Origin: a virus | Lineage: Duplodnaviria; Caudoviricetes | Strand: one strand, 5' to 3' | Length of the DNA stretch: 64,000 nucleotides | Virus record (IMG/VR): IMGVR_UViG_3300020112_000604 | Span: 64,001-128,000 of that record | Part shown: one piece after another, positions 23,901 through 30,278 of the stretch | Layout: every line of letters starts with the position of its first letter | How positions within the stretch are numbered: the first letter of the stretch is position 1 | Notes under the pieces: model-generated | Seen by the model: only the letters and a program-made list of their open reading frames with translations | Told to the model about the DNA's origin: nothing | Database searches by the model: none | Made by a program: the position numbers and the translations under genes

Positions 23901-24446
23901 AAGCTGCCTTGTTAACTCGATATTCTGAGTATACAGCATTGAAGCTATTTCTTTATTAGCCTCTATCTGTGCCTGAGAACCTCTGAGCATAGCATTCGCA
24001 ACAGCTTTCGAAGTAATCTTGTTACTCTTAACAATAGAACGGGAAACAAGTAAGTCTCCATCCTGAAAGTTAAGGTCATCTAATCCATCCGGATCGAATC
24101 CTAATTCCGGAAGATCGAAGTCACCAATGCTGAATAAATCTCCACCGTATTTGGTTTCGTATTCTTCAACTCTGGCTTGGTTGTAGAAGTCACCGGTCTT
24201 GAGGTCTTCGATTGCATTTTTAATGAACATCGAGGATATCTCAAATGCCGGTGATTCCTTAAATCTTGTAGCAACTCGTTTAGCAACGGTTTTACGTTGT
24301 CTAATACCGTCGTATGCTGATCTAAATAACTCTGCGTTGGTTTCCGCAAAAGATGCTATATTTGAATAACTATCTTTAGTAGATTCTGCAAATGCGTAAC
24401 CTGCAGACTTAGCCACATTCTTGGCATATTCAGTTATTTTTACCAT
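11934..24446 (-). CDS. Giant tape-measure/tail-associated lysin (4170 aa) with C39-like peptidase, lysozyme-like and M23 peptidase domains
   Basis: Long coiled-coil Ala/Lys-rich body, Gly-rich hydrophobic repeats, FARGG motif; C39-like SGCGP...HYV...QDP; DDNGSGISIGAIGFH lysozyme-like motif; M23 HSGID, HIFGH, STGPHLHY. Confidence 0.85.
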   Translation of the reverse strand: MVKITEYAKNVAKSAGYAFAESTKDSYSNIASFAETNAELFRSAYDGIRQRKTVAKRVATRFKESPAFEISSMFIKNAIEDLKTGDFYNQARVEEYETKYGGDLFSIGDFDLPELGFDPDGLDDLNFQDGDLLVSRSIVKSNKITSKAVANAMLRGSQAQIEANKEIASMLYTQNIELTRQLNNSVSTVNDNMVTGFKDVTSIAKTMSEQQAKFFTSTTEALDNISKNLESINEVFNPKKKSSSGYTPAKHTLDSVMGSSVDIRAYLNEVKTKGVNDAISQIPMIGAFLNPDFLKQMDGMMGGSMFRQAAANPMQAVMNAIVGGALPKSLKKSVEQFDASIGSLFPAFIGRMNSMAKDSSWSTKGTLNRMFGKLFGLDTDAHKAIKYQKLEGVPTAWDDTSKHYLEEVIPYYLRKMTAALTGEAEMVFDDKTGKWRSLNKVRKEFKDDIASQYRRPFSSSYDDFDSGVRRATSGMTFRNLDDEKQFEKDYDAFKKYVYKQGDINIKGKQARDLGMSSDRNLNIIRQAMLEMEPHMVMDLIAEIQSNKASVTRKYKDITKGTALYKLFTEGEDLDFTGDLSGSRGNRSTVDRHLNNDKGSNFFNLGKLTDEYNKTIFDYLRLINGNIEFFKTNGMITYPQGIGNGGQSIGSNPNGPIIPTVNGRNNAGMANVPSGYFDRANSTNARLVSNTDTEAAARDRQRAKDLDYHRRNVDYMTSRAGQIIVDSNTDMEEILANMQQTSAEERRKARQELEEEESLIDIFTEGAARRERNRDKFKELTSFKDKWAAASNIGERVFLVKDKLQSWIDAPSRMMEKAVLAADRHIFDLLYKTSTQMTDDNGQPVQGFMGLLKYKAMESFNTIKDTVTDIFGKAKDKLSQTKFGQWLANTKDRLSQGEASPLGKFKAAFKNEIGNIKGAYGNAFGSLADAFGYTDYREKLKAKRRAAVEEAALTPEMIGQILAFESAQDPEAIRKALTMTEEESKLHASAMNETDRARFESFRGNASKIASAKKLRDKYQSVVDDPNASEVAKKAAQRKLDEINKVLSPASRLASVNRTADMTSELNRIFNTLDTQNTINTTARATGNLRRELRANNDIINGGGTYATDEERQDAIEKAKERVAEINQQIKENEELIAKSVDELRSINEQRSYVEEQLKQASANADLINNLSVNPFQAVFDAATKQREAFQNELTNAIADLDKFQQQYEQYNLQAVALHDKITDPHANYSPEELAQLIAERDELTGKAEEMRGTYIPQAKSLKARAQSRVNRANAKFNSDVEAMLKRFTIDSSVVGRLDSERSDRYDRLNSQYSLYGENSFDSMMNTATDDESSPVYRDANGQYRSRADRDKIREERDKYAYDLFSAEYGANLDPKTAQFLAQYSRNKELMKQFAASVQDPELKARFERIADGNYAYNEFGDIDSETRTRYNDITNASMFARGGKNKSSKSMLSIMSPNEKIITSGGSVYTVPKMGIYSIPGKSTVINPADDATIAKQAAAEKNFKRRLLTNARANDSLSGTRVGEIAKGIGYQGLAKGAIGGIAGLLVGNPLLGAGIGMGSQLIQSNKVLNQALFGSIIDYDENGNPIHANDGLIKESVQQALPSMKTGGLLGSVAGLLTPLGPVGGAIVGAGLGFLKNTKFVQDRLFGDGMLLSEDNRKAIKAAFPNVAIGAAAGALMGPFGLLGGALLGGGAGFLTTTEKFKSALLGEKNEDGTRDGGVVGALKDNLVTPLKNFGLDLFEDIKENLHEDFLDPIKDAMAPITTELKNMFTFIPNMIADTFKEHISVPLANLVRDYVADPIKKLTTGILKKATSIIRLPFKLIGKGLFGTLGNMAKTAGIKNGRAGSYMTAAERNEFRQRHKSKFLVGDKYAEYDKNLAAYSETASVEDLELIKNSIAFNIDGERGLNKEIGNNSRAIGKKISEKFRTRFGNAARSIDRAIEQGKYEKAFDLIRNTKTVDGQRMSKEEADAFIAEVQQLLKQRDEILAKRDTYKATDEKVAEYASKLGIKKFNKKSAKQKRAIMDSLKAEINAKNAASIKYGSQGEAESRSADLQADIFARNAEAVEVSTNAFADFAAALKNVTKFMNGIGNFRNINDNAVYNNGNGVNMNQAIDISNIQNTFEDSSANRQHNLDAALDAADGVYDREQQRFLDTHVAKLRKFKLYSKITPQKFPLVFDVSSEDVIRLLNDMGDKGWFIDLEALTDFFELSETDKNKVYNIANFKFTGKKKFVFKKELLDTICTLTKRESAKLGKVLSEENVYILNQFKNDSVGLKRYISTLSNNKSKFKEFRAKDIWSASNNGMERAVGRFNEGVRTVASKIPVLNRFASEENRESMRMGIQNLLDRNHVSIFDRLSSNFNQDERRDDLIKKISETRFFKNDPKYSVKALKAMTTDELEAILRQIPTNAEANDGLSEFADDVLLPNDPRRNRPEAGSKEEAEAKKDKAEKVGIFQTMKNKITAIADFIIPKNDSEDEDESFFGKIKKFFGKVFGIGKLAVGVPLFVGAMAKWVIPFCKDKLVPWLVGEKDSSGNYTGGIASGVVNGIKNTVIPWVEDTALPKVKSVLGDLWSTGIATLRDDVLPTVMDDLIDRLPEIIEDALVAAWEIIKSGAKTISSKVGFGKSGNKKADNSITSSARRATGTTGAEINESKLKREAYDNSNSNAFVDVAKSSVLGPLAENAEGVAINNANYQNYLANRGIGTQYLDENFAEEIAGNASFQSIRNADVQQTNATGYKGKSLFQMAGRSFLNNAAGMGALGNIAGKTGAGIFKGVSKVPGLGIVGRLGEGAMNVINAPANVGRKFRDWTLKASGRAAANIATDVAEDAVETAATAAVRSAAGADKKAKLLAKVGTFLKEVLTKLFGNSKIVEKIAPLAKKVGMSKKALGERLAKTGEKLAANLAKKLGMESVEVLAKVLGKATVILAIAQAVLDFIAGWDNARNVLGIVDEEVSVFERFFAGLTNVISGLCCSIIPADFIANVLLDLFSFLGADFAKAIKTKQDNALEAIDMYNAENGTDFETVEDFNRAVNPTEWQKIKSTVKGWFTKADKEVESTASKTKVKTNAKVNDGLDPFGVDAVDTAIDEALATNAYANNKLSPLNMLMPTGGNFIDNLINSISGGKNITEQMARYESMNKSATRQIDEGKIKINDKRFWYINTGNDTTFAASLYKLSEFMRRAISSPLTIIQDAINSVFDTEASSATQLTNTEVSGTGYSVSHESMHDMTTPKPIQKTNTNTSKSSTTKKKGKIATFFSNLFGGKKKSGKGSEFKNRKLKYLIPPKPLDDEQASYIKSQYSGGANPHLYQRDYDDRFNISGDSNFQSIADSGCGPVVASEVLARRGLNYDVRDAARNALGYKERNAGTFPEFFGDYLGKNGVRTANVGTRSDLRRRLANGEDVILMGQSGRGTTPFGNQNAHYVLATGMKNNKIVVQDPEDPFGDRIYDANDTIRDSIYAISAGRGKRSGRGITPLSYRKGVKSGTGPALTPQQEKNLYAILYECVVSREAATAGGFHAVCPDDNGSGISIGAIGFHATLAADVLREMAARVTDADDKAYLLNIANRATSAISQSEADKLSKVLEKYESIGQDVQENMAYKLFRENNMVHPLKMYNSGILQNPLSMIVPADIYNSGVHTGWADGWRPSHKGGVEEINDVVNRMATSSWWATCGSQYSGAWVNRIKDTGAKLANIDLNNYTPGTICKDFTVNGSYNGSSVDGDGGTTTVDNTFIGRLGTYVTKVLKKLYGGLYDAIFGAASATTGNAAAGVGALGDEDYLSSVSENGSDAWFLATLEGSSVSSGYRTPDRSDHSGIDYAAPEGNKLYSPVDGTVVFAGWNTGGYGNLTIVQDTHGYYHIFGHQCQLPPVHEGDEVFRGTLVGYCGTTGQSTGPHLHYQVNKPSDMWHADVDPNKYDYSDYIKSAAQRAGIVPSSDDVMGPLLPNNTKKTTNTTSSTTTTSSTLVGPPAPNKKSGKGFVDKALVRQAANGKRPSGTCDSSRASGTANFKKVSTNAVTRAVDAVKRAEAKAAASTSGTGSTGSKYEPGARIGSNTKNTGGPTNGNATNEILLAVVKLLSEISGNTAKLQDVVAAVTKLSVSNACQLTGSGNNSKSTKSGKSNDTNTANVMAELSKALLASNGMTRQGLNAMNAQFNDMNNSEIIDAVYRIAKK

Positions 24447-24468
24447 ATACGTACCCCTCCTTTGCTGT

Positions 24469-24480
24469 TATACTAATGTT
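24469..24480 (-). promoter_or_regulatory. Late promoter AACA-N6-TA
   Basis: AACATTAGTATA upstream of the tape-measure gene. Confidence 0.65.
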
Positions 24481-24513
24481 TTGCTTATAGTAAATGCTAA
24501 ATATGAAAAAAAA

Positions 24514-24544
24514 TATACCGGAAGGCTATAAGCCTTCCGGTATA
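24514..24544 (-). terminator. Intrinsic terminator
   Basis: TATACCGGAAGGCT/AGCCTTCCGGTATA with T8 on the minus strand. Confidence 0.8.
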
Positions 24545-24548
24545 ATAA

Positions 24549-25607
24549 TTAATTTGAATACGTTACTTTCTGACGAAGTGCTGCTAAGTCTGATGCGTCA
24601 CATACGCCATTGTTGTCCATGTCGCAAATCTTTGCACGACTTGCTGGTACTCTCTTGTCCACGAGAGCAGCTGCTAATTCTGAAAGATCTGTGATATCAA
24701 CTACACCGTTGCAGTTGTAGTCACCTTTCTTAAGTCCGAAGTTCCAGCGTGTTGAATTATCGTATATTGTGGATGTAGCCTGAATATTTTTAGCACTCAG
24801 AAGTCTCCATGTGTCATGTGTAGTAGCACCAGTCTTATACTTCGAATCAGACTTTAAAAATTGTATGAAATAATTACCTGCTGTACCATATGTATTATAG
24901 TCAGTTCCATCCCATGTCGGATCACAATTATACCATTCTCCATCAATTTTTACTTTAACCCACATGTGAGCTGAATTAACGACCAGTTCACATTCGAGAC
25001 CAGCATAATTACATATCTTGTCAAATGCTCTTCCGAATCCTTCACATACACATTTTTTATCTACTAAAGCACCGATTGCGCAACGGGCATTAGGCGCATC
25101 TGATACGTATTTAACGTTTGTAACAAGCCACTTGTTAATAGCTATAGCCTTTTCAAGATCACTCATGTTTGTTGTAGCTATAGAATTCCAAACAGCTTTC
25201 GCAGCATTGTTTTCTGCATTGTTTTTAGCAGTCCAATCACTCTTGGTGTTTTTGTATGTTATGCCGATCCGACCAATTATTATCTGTTTATTGGCATTAT
25301 ACACTGGTGAAATTGACATCGCGTCAGCGATTTCAATGTTGTTACAATCTTCAGTTATTCTCGCATCGCCCACGAGTCGGTTTATACGCTGTATTGTTGG
25401 ATCGTTTGCATCCGAAAGATTCTGGATAACCATATCACATGATGATAAATCGATCACGGTCTGACCGTTTAAGAGACCATTTCTTATAATCGACATAATG
25501 GCTTCATCCGATGCCGCTGCGGATACCGGGATTGCTGAGCAAAGTATCACTAAGCTCATGATTGCTGACAGGAATCCTGCCAGAAGTTTACTAAATCGTT
25601 TTTTCAT
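24549..25607 (-). CDS. Secreted transglutaminase-like (Cys-His-Asp) protein with C-terminal dockerin
   Basis: Signal peptide ending VSA; CVCEGF / HMWVKV / CDPTWD triad; duplicated Ca-loops GDYNCNGVVDITD and DMDNNGVCDASD. Confidence 0.88.
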   Translation of the reverse strand: MKKRFSKLLAGFLSAIMSLVILCSAIPVSAAASDEAIMSIIRNGLLNGQTVIDLSSCDMVIQNLSDANDPTIQRINRLVGDARITEDCNNIEIADAMSISPVYNANKQIIIGRIGITYKNTKSDWTAKNNAENNAAKAVWNSIATTNMSDLEKAIAINKWLVTNVKYVSDAPNARCAIGALVDKKCVCEGFGRAFDKICNYAGLECELVVNSAHMWVKVKIDGEWYNCDPTWDGTDYNTYGTAGNYFIQFLKSDSKYKTGATTHDTWRLLSAKNIQATSTIYDNSTRWNFGLKKGDYNCNGVVDITDLSELAAALVDKRVPASRAKICDMDNNGVCDASDLAALRQKVTYSN

Positions 25608-25719
25608 AGGTATAAACCATCCTTATAATATTGCGGTATGATTACCATACCAAATTCCCTAAAATACCATTTTTTGGTATCATTAGAATGTTCACAATTT
25701 GTTCACAATAAAAAAATAA

Positions 25720-25745
25720 ACGAGCAGGAAGTTATCCTGCTCGTC
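25720..25745 (-). terminator. Intrinsic terminator
   Basis: ACGAGCAGGA/TCCTGCTCGT stem with adjacent A-run. Confidence 0.75.
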
Positions 25746-25750
25746 AGCAA

Positions 25751-26176
25751 TTAGTTTGTGAGTCTGTCAAATACCGCGTCAATAACTTCGTTAGGCTTGT
25801 TCCACCACTGGTGTTCTCGTATAGCGATAGCACTCCGTACAAGTTTTCTACCGAAGTTCGGATAATAATAATCATTTACCATATACTTGACGTATGATTT
25901 CTGTGATGGTGCATCAGTTTTAATCTCATCACGCACAATCTTTATCATACCCGCATAGAGACGTGCCGCAAATTCAATCTCAGTTCTATCCTGCTGGTAT
26001 CCATACAGAATAATGTTTTCGTTATTGTTATACAGGAATTCATATATCCTATTCATTATAACTGTATTCTGAGATGGTCCGGTTGGTCTGAATGGCTTGT
26101 TATACACAGGGACATCACGATCTGGTCCCTGAGCTGTCATAAACATTAATGGACGGTTTTTATAATTACATTTCAT
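25751..26176 (-). CDS. Hypothetical protein
   Basis: 141 aa, AAGGAG RBS. Confidence 0.75.
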   Translation of the reverse strand: MKCNYKNRPLMFMTAQGPDRDVPVYNKPFRPTGPSQNTVIMNRIYEFLYNNNENIILYGYQQDRTEIEFAARLYAGMIKIVRDEIKTDAPSQKSYVKYMVNDYYYPNFGRKLVRSAIAIREHQWWNKPNEVIDAVFDRLTN

Positions 26177-26187
26177 ATTATGTCTCC

Positions 26188-26544
26188 TTAAATATCACAG
26201 TGTTCTTTTCCTTCAAAAATGATAAGCTTTATAGATTTCTTGCTTTTCCTCCAGACTGCCAGAAGAGCGTATTCCGGAAGTGCTGTGTCGTCAAATGCTA
26301 AAATCTTAACAGCGTCAACACATTCGATTCGATTTTCCCAATAGGAATGGTAGAATACGAATGGGTCCGGATTGTGTTTATCACGCATTTTGTTTTCGAT
26401 ATGCTGATAAACATCCTTGACGGTAACTACATACCTGGAATCCGTTGCAGCCTCGAAGTCGTGTAATATCGTTGCTGTGGAATCCACTGGTTCAGTTATC
26501 ATTAATGCGGTTCTCCCTAATCTGGTTGTACTTATATGGCTCAT
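26188..26544 (-). CDS. Hypothetical protein
   Basis: 118 aa, AAAGGAG RBS, ATGA overlap with upstream frame. Confidence 0.7.
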   Translation of the reverse strand: MSHISTTRLGRTALMITEPVDSTATILHDFEAATDSRYVVTVKDVYQHIENKMRDKHNPDPFVFYHSYWENRIECVDAVKILAFDDTALPEYALLAVWRKSKKSIKLIIFEGKEHCDI

Positions 26545-27357
26545 TTCATTTCTCCTTTATTATTCACGGTCTTGAAATACGATAATAAATTTTCTGAAGC
26601 GCTAACGATAGAATTAATGCATGTTCGGCAATAGTTCATTTCGGCATATGTATATGATTCATCGTCTGAGACCGAAAAATTCGTCATCACACATTTTACA
26701 TTTGCGTGTATTGTCTTCATCATCGGAAGATGTATCTGTGCTGCGAGTTATGGTATCAATGCCGTTGATCATTTCTTCAATGAAGTTCATACCGTATAGG
26801 GCATTTAATTCTTTCTTGGTGTCTCTGTCGATTCTTTTCTTAGGTTTGTCTTTGTCGAATACATCAACGTATAGCTGTTTCTGGTCGTAACGATGTCCGT
26901 CAGCTAACGCGAATATTTTCTGTAAGCATGTCGTTGCCGGAGCAGATAATTCCGGTGATGATATGCTTAATGCGAATAGCTTTATAAACTCAACGTCATA
27001 CAGTTTCGAGTCGCGATGAAAAGTTCGATTCAAATTGATTTCTACAAGAAATCTTCTGAAATCAATTTTTGTTATCATATTCATGACGATAAAGTCTTCA
27101 ATTGATTCGACATCTGTCGTAATTGTTCGATATGGAATATCGATTGCAAATGTCAGTTCAGTTCTCCCGAATGCTATAGCCACATCTATTGAATACGATT
27201 TGATATTATTTTTAGGGTTTTTTATAGCATAGATTAATTGAACAAGCTTTTCAGCAATTTCTTTTGTTGTTTTAGCTGTGCATACAGGTTCGGTGTTCAG
27301 TTCAACTGATGTATACACATTGTAACGTATTGGTTCATCGTCAATTTTAATTGGCAT
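26541..27357 (-). CDS. Hypothetical protein with C-terminal Zn ribbon, split by a frameshift at an A5 run
   Basis: ORF 26659..27357 ends CKMCDDEF; removing one base at 26675-26679 continues SVSDDESYTYAEMNYCRTC to the stop at 26541, completing CxxC...CxxC. Confidence 0.65.
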
Positions 27358-27376
27358 AGTGGTTTCCTTTCTACAA

Positions 27377-27577
27377 TCAATTGTTGTTAAGCATATTGGT
27401 TATTGATTCTGGCGTACCTTCAACCACATATGCTTTACCCGAAGTCATAATGATTCTAGTGTCTGTTGGTGTTGTTGCCTTAGCGACTGATTCGATAAGG
27501 TCTTTGTTGATTGTAACAGTTTTCTGTAACTCAGCCTTTCCTGAGATATTAGGTTCATTAAATGTAACGAATTTCAT
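27377..27577 (-). CDS. FlbD/SwrD-like small protein
   Basis: INKDLIESV...TPTDTRIIMTSGKAYVVEGTPESI follows the FlbD-family pattern; AGGAG RBS. Confidence 0.65.
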   Translation of the reverse strand: MKFVTFNEPNISGKAELQKTVTINKDLIESVAKATTPTDTRIIMTSGKAYVVEGTPESITNMLNNN

Positions 27578-27604
27578 ATTCTACATCTCCTTCATAAAAA
27601 TAAT

Positions 27605-27629
27605 CCGGGAAGTCAAAGAGACTTCCCGG
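27605..27629 (-). terminator. Intrinsic terminator
   Basis: CCGGGAAGTC/GACTTCCCGG stem. Confidence 0.75.
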
Positions 27630-27638
27630 TATAACGTA

Positions 27639-28724
27639 TTACTTGTGTGATATATAATTCTGAAGTTCGATAACGTCCATTACGTCGATGCTGCCATCGC
27701 CGTTGAAATCGGCCTCACGTTTAACAGAATTTGGAGTGTTTTTGTTTGTGGTAAAATTACGAAGATAAGATAAATCTGTAATATCTACTGTGCCGCTATG
27801 ATTAACATCTCCGCGTCTGTAGCTGCTTAAATTCCAGTTAGCGTAATCGTAGAATGTGGAATTTGTTGCTGGTAGTACTTCGTATGTAAGAGTAGCAGCG
27901 CCGTAATTTCTGTAGTATGAACACATTGTTGCGTATTTTGAACCGCTAACGAGGAAAGGTTTATATGCGTTAGCTTTATTGAACTGCTGATAGTTCTGAG
28001 CACCCTGGAGTATGTCTAACATATACCATGTGCCGTCAATCTTAACAGCGTTCCATTCGTGGTTTGAATAAGTATCGCATACCATTTTACAATCAATGCC
28101 TATCTTTTCGCAAACGAGATTTAATGCTGTTGACATTCCGCTACAAACTGCAGACTTGTTTACTAATGCGCCATATGCAAAATACATTTCATCCCAACCG
28201 TCGCTTGCTTCCGTCGTCGGAACGTTTACATTGGTGATGAACCACTTATAAACCGCCTTGATCTTTTCGAGGTCGGTGCCGTTTTTAGGAGCAACTGAAG
28301 CCACATTGTTTATTGCATTCTTGAGAGCGGTTTCACGTGTTTTATAACCTGAACTTCCTATTGGGTATCGACATTCAATGTGAACTGATTCAGACTTATT
28401 GTTATTATCGCCGCAAACACCACAACTTGTCATGCAACATGCATTCAAGGTTATGTCCATCGTTGCTGCTTCGTACAGCATAGTTGAAATCTGAAGATCA
28501 TGAATAACGTCTCCTGTAGTTCCGGCTAAGTCAGAAATAGGGATGTAGATATCTGATTTTCCTGTCATACGATTTTTAGCCGTTTCTAGGTTTTTAGTGA
28601 AGTTTGCGTTGTTTCGTGTGCTGGTTATTTCCCTGCGAGCTGCTGAAGTTGTGATTGGTGTGCACATAACCGTCACGCCAATGATTGCTGAGATAATTCC
28701 TGACAATATTTTTGTGAATTTCAT
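27639..28724 (-). CDS. Secreted transglutaminase-like protein with C-terminal dockerin
   Basis: Signal peptide; AVCSGM / HEWNAV / MLD triad; GDVNHSGTVDITD and ADFNGDGSIDVMD; paralog of 24549; ATG 28724 after AGGAGG. Confidence 0.88.
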   Translation of the reverse strand: MKFTKILSGIISAIIGVTVMCTPITTSAARREITSTRNNANFTKNLETAKNRMTGKSDIYIPISDLAGTTGDVIHDLQISTMLYEAATMDITLNACCMTSCGVCGDNNNKSESVHIECRYPIGSSGYKTRETALKNAINNVASVAPKNGTDLEKIKAVYKWFITNVNVPTTEASDGWDEMYFAYGALVNKSAVCSGMSTALNLVCEKIGIDCKMVCDTYSNHEWNAVKIDGTWYMLDILQGAQNYQQFNKANAYKPFLVSGSKYATMCSYYRNYGAATLTYEVLPATNSTFYDYANWNLSSYRRGDVNHSGTVDITDLSYLRNFTTNKNTPNSVKREADFNGDGSIDVMDVIELQNYISHK

Positions 28725-28794
28725 TTGGAACCTCCTAATAAAAATGTACATTAATAGTCGGGAGACACCGAAGTGTCTCACGAACTTTTATTTA

Positions 28795-29634
28795 TTACTT
28801 GATTGATGAATTGATGCCGGCGAACAGTGTTCTTGTATCGATTACTTCATCTAATAATGATGATGAAGTAGCACTTCTGCCATATACGAAACACCAGTTC
28901 TTTGATGAGTTTGCCGCGTAAGCTACATATGTACAAACGTACTTGTAAGTTGAATCAAATACAGAAACCTGTCTTTCATATGAACCGTCTCTGAACTTGA
29001 GTTCTGTAACAGCGATGTATACAGATTTGTTGAGTACAGTTCCATTGTAATATGTTGTAGAACCAGATGTAGATGCTGATGGTCCTATTTTGAAATACGG
29101 TACATAATCATCAAGATATCCGTATCTGTCGCTCATGCCCATGACGCGGAGGTTTGTGCTTCTGCCAAGGAACAGAGCATTGCCTGAACGTACTGAACCT
29201 GAGTATGTTGTGAATGTGTTGTCATTTGTGAAACCTGATACGATGAGGTTGCCATTTGTATCGATAGCCTGATAAATATATCCGGGTTCAGTTTCTGACG
29301 GTGTATAGACGTCAGTTCCGATTGTTGTCTTAGAACCGAGTGCATACTGAGTATCGATCTTAGAAACGATTCTTCTAAGACCTACGAGATCTGCTGTGGT
29401 GATAACACCGTTTGAATCGATATCGGCTACGCTGATATCTGCTGTTGCTCTGCCTGAGAAAACATCATTGAATTTTGAAATATCTGTGACGTCAATGACG
29501 CCATTCTTATTGATATCTCCTGTCTGCCATGTCTTTGTGAATGGAATATTAACAGCCGCTGAAGCTGCAGCAGATACTGTCATTACTGTTCCGAGCACGA
29601 GTGCTATAAATCCCGAAATAATTCTCTTTTTCAT
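28795..29634 (-). CDS. Secreted protein with N-terminal dockerin and unknown beta-rich domain
   Basis: Signal peptide; GDINKNGVIDVTD and ADIDSNGVITTAD. Confidence 0.85.
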   Translation of the reverse strand: MKKRIISGFIALVLGTVMTVSAAASAAVNIPFTKTWQTGDINKNGVIDVTDISKFNDVFSGRATADISVADIDSNGVITTADLVGLRRIVSKIDTQYALGSKTTIGTDVYTPSETEPGYIYQAIDTNGNLIVSGFTNDNTFTTYSGSVRSGNALFLGRSTNLRVMGMSDRYGYLDDYVPYFKIGPSASTSGSTTYYNGTVLNKSVYIAVTELKFRDGSYERQVSVFDSTYKYVCTYVAYAANSSKNWCFVYGRSATSSSLLDEVIDTRTLFAGINSSIK

Positions 29635-29649
29635 AGTATTGTCCTCCAA

Positions 29650-29955
29650 TTATCTTTTTGTGCAGTTTGTATATACTCGAAGTAAGTTTCCCGATGTGCT
29701 GTAAATTTCGAGCCTTCCTCCGTAGTATGTGTACATGATGTCATAGTATCTTCCCTCGACGGAGCCGTTGGAATAATACACCGTAACATTTCTTCCCTTA
29801 CGTCCCCATCCATCATTTGTAAATGATGTCTGTGAACTGATTGTTGTAGCCGCTGAAACGGTTACAGAGCTGTTAATTGATGTGTCTGGTAATACTGATG
29901 GTGCAACGCCCATCATCATTACTGCTGCAAGTAGTGAAATTAATTTCTTCTTCAT
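29650..29955 (-). CDS. Small secreted protein (paralog of 30792)
   Basis: Signal peptide ending VTVSA; shared V-Y...YT..G..LEIY pattern. Confidence 0.8.
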   Translation of the reverse strand: MKKKLISLLAAVMMMGVAPSVLPDTSINSSVTVSAATTISSQTSFTNDGWGRKGRNVTVYYSNGSVEGRYYDIMYTYYGGRLEIYSTSGNLLRVYTNCTKR

Positions 29956-30004
29956 TATGAAATCCTCCTTATAATTTATATACTAAACTGTTACTATCAG
30001 TGTA

Positions 30005-30274
30005 TTACTTTACATTATTGATGCCCCAATCAGTCTGCAGTTCAATTTTAAGTTGAACCACATCTCTGGCATCGATGACGCCGTCATTGTTGACGTCAGC
30101 TGATTCCCAGTACTCGCCGTCGAGTATGAGATTGCATAATGTATCAAAATCAGCCCAGTCGGTATAACCGTCTGTGTTGATATCTCTGTCCGCAATTCTT
30201 GTAGGTGCAGCGCCATTGAGCGTTACGGTTGAGCTAAATATTGTTGCAGATAAACAAAGTGCTACAAAATTCAT
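30005..30274 (-). CDS. Stand-alone dockerin with hydrophobic N-terminus
   Basis: RDINTDGYTDWAD and ADVNNDGVIDARD make up nearly the whole protein; ATG 30274 after GGAGG. Confidence 0.8.
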   Translation of the reverse strand: MNFVALCLSATIFSSTVTLNGAAPTRIADRDINTDGYTDWADFDTLCNLILDGEYWESADVNNDGVIDARDVVQLKIELQTDWGINNVK

Positions 30275-30278
30275 ATGT

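Noticed and set aside
12202-24349. Many plus-strand and alternate-frame ORFs inside the tape-measure gene
   Set aside because: Antisense shadows of a codon-biased gene; no RBS or recognisable motifs.
26790-26830. KKELNALYG resembling PolB motif B
   Set aside because: Isolated motif in a short protein with no other polymerase motifs.
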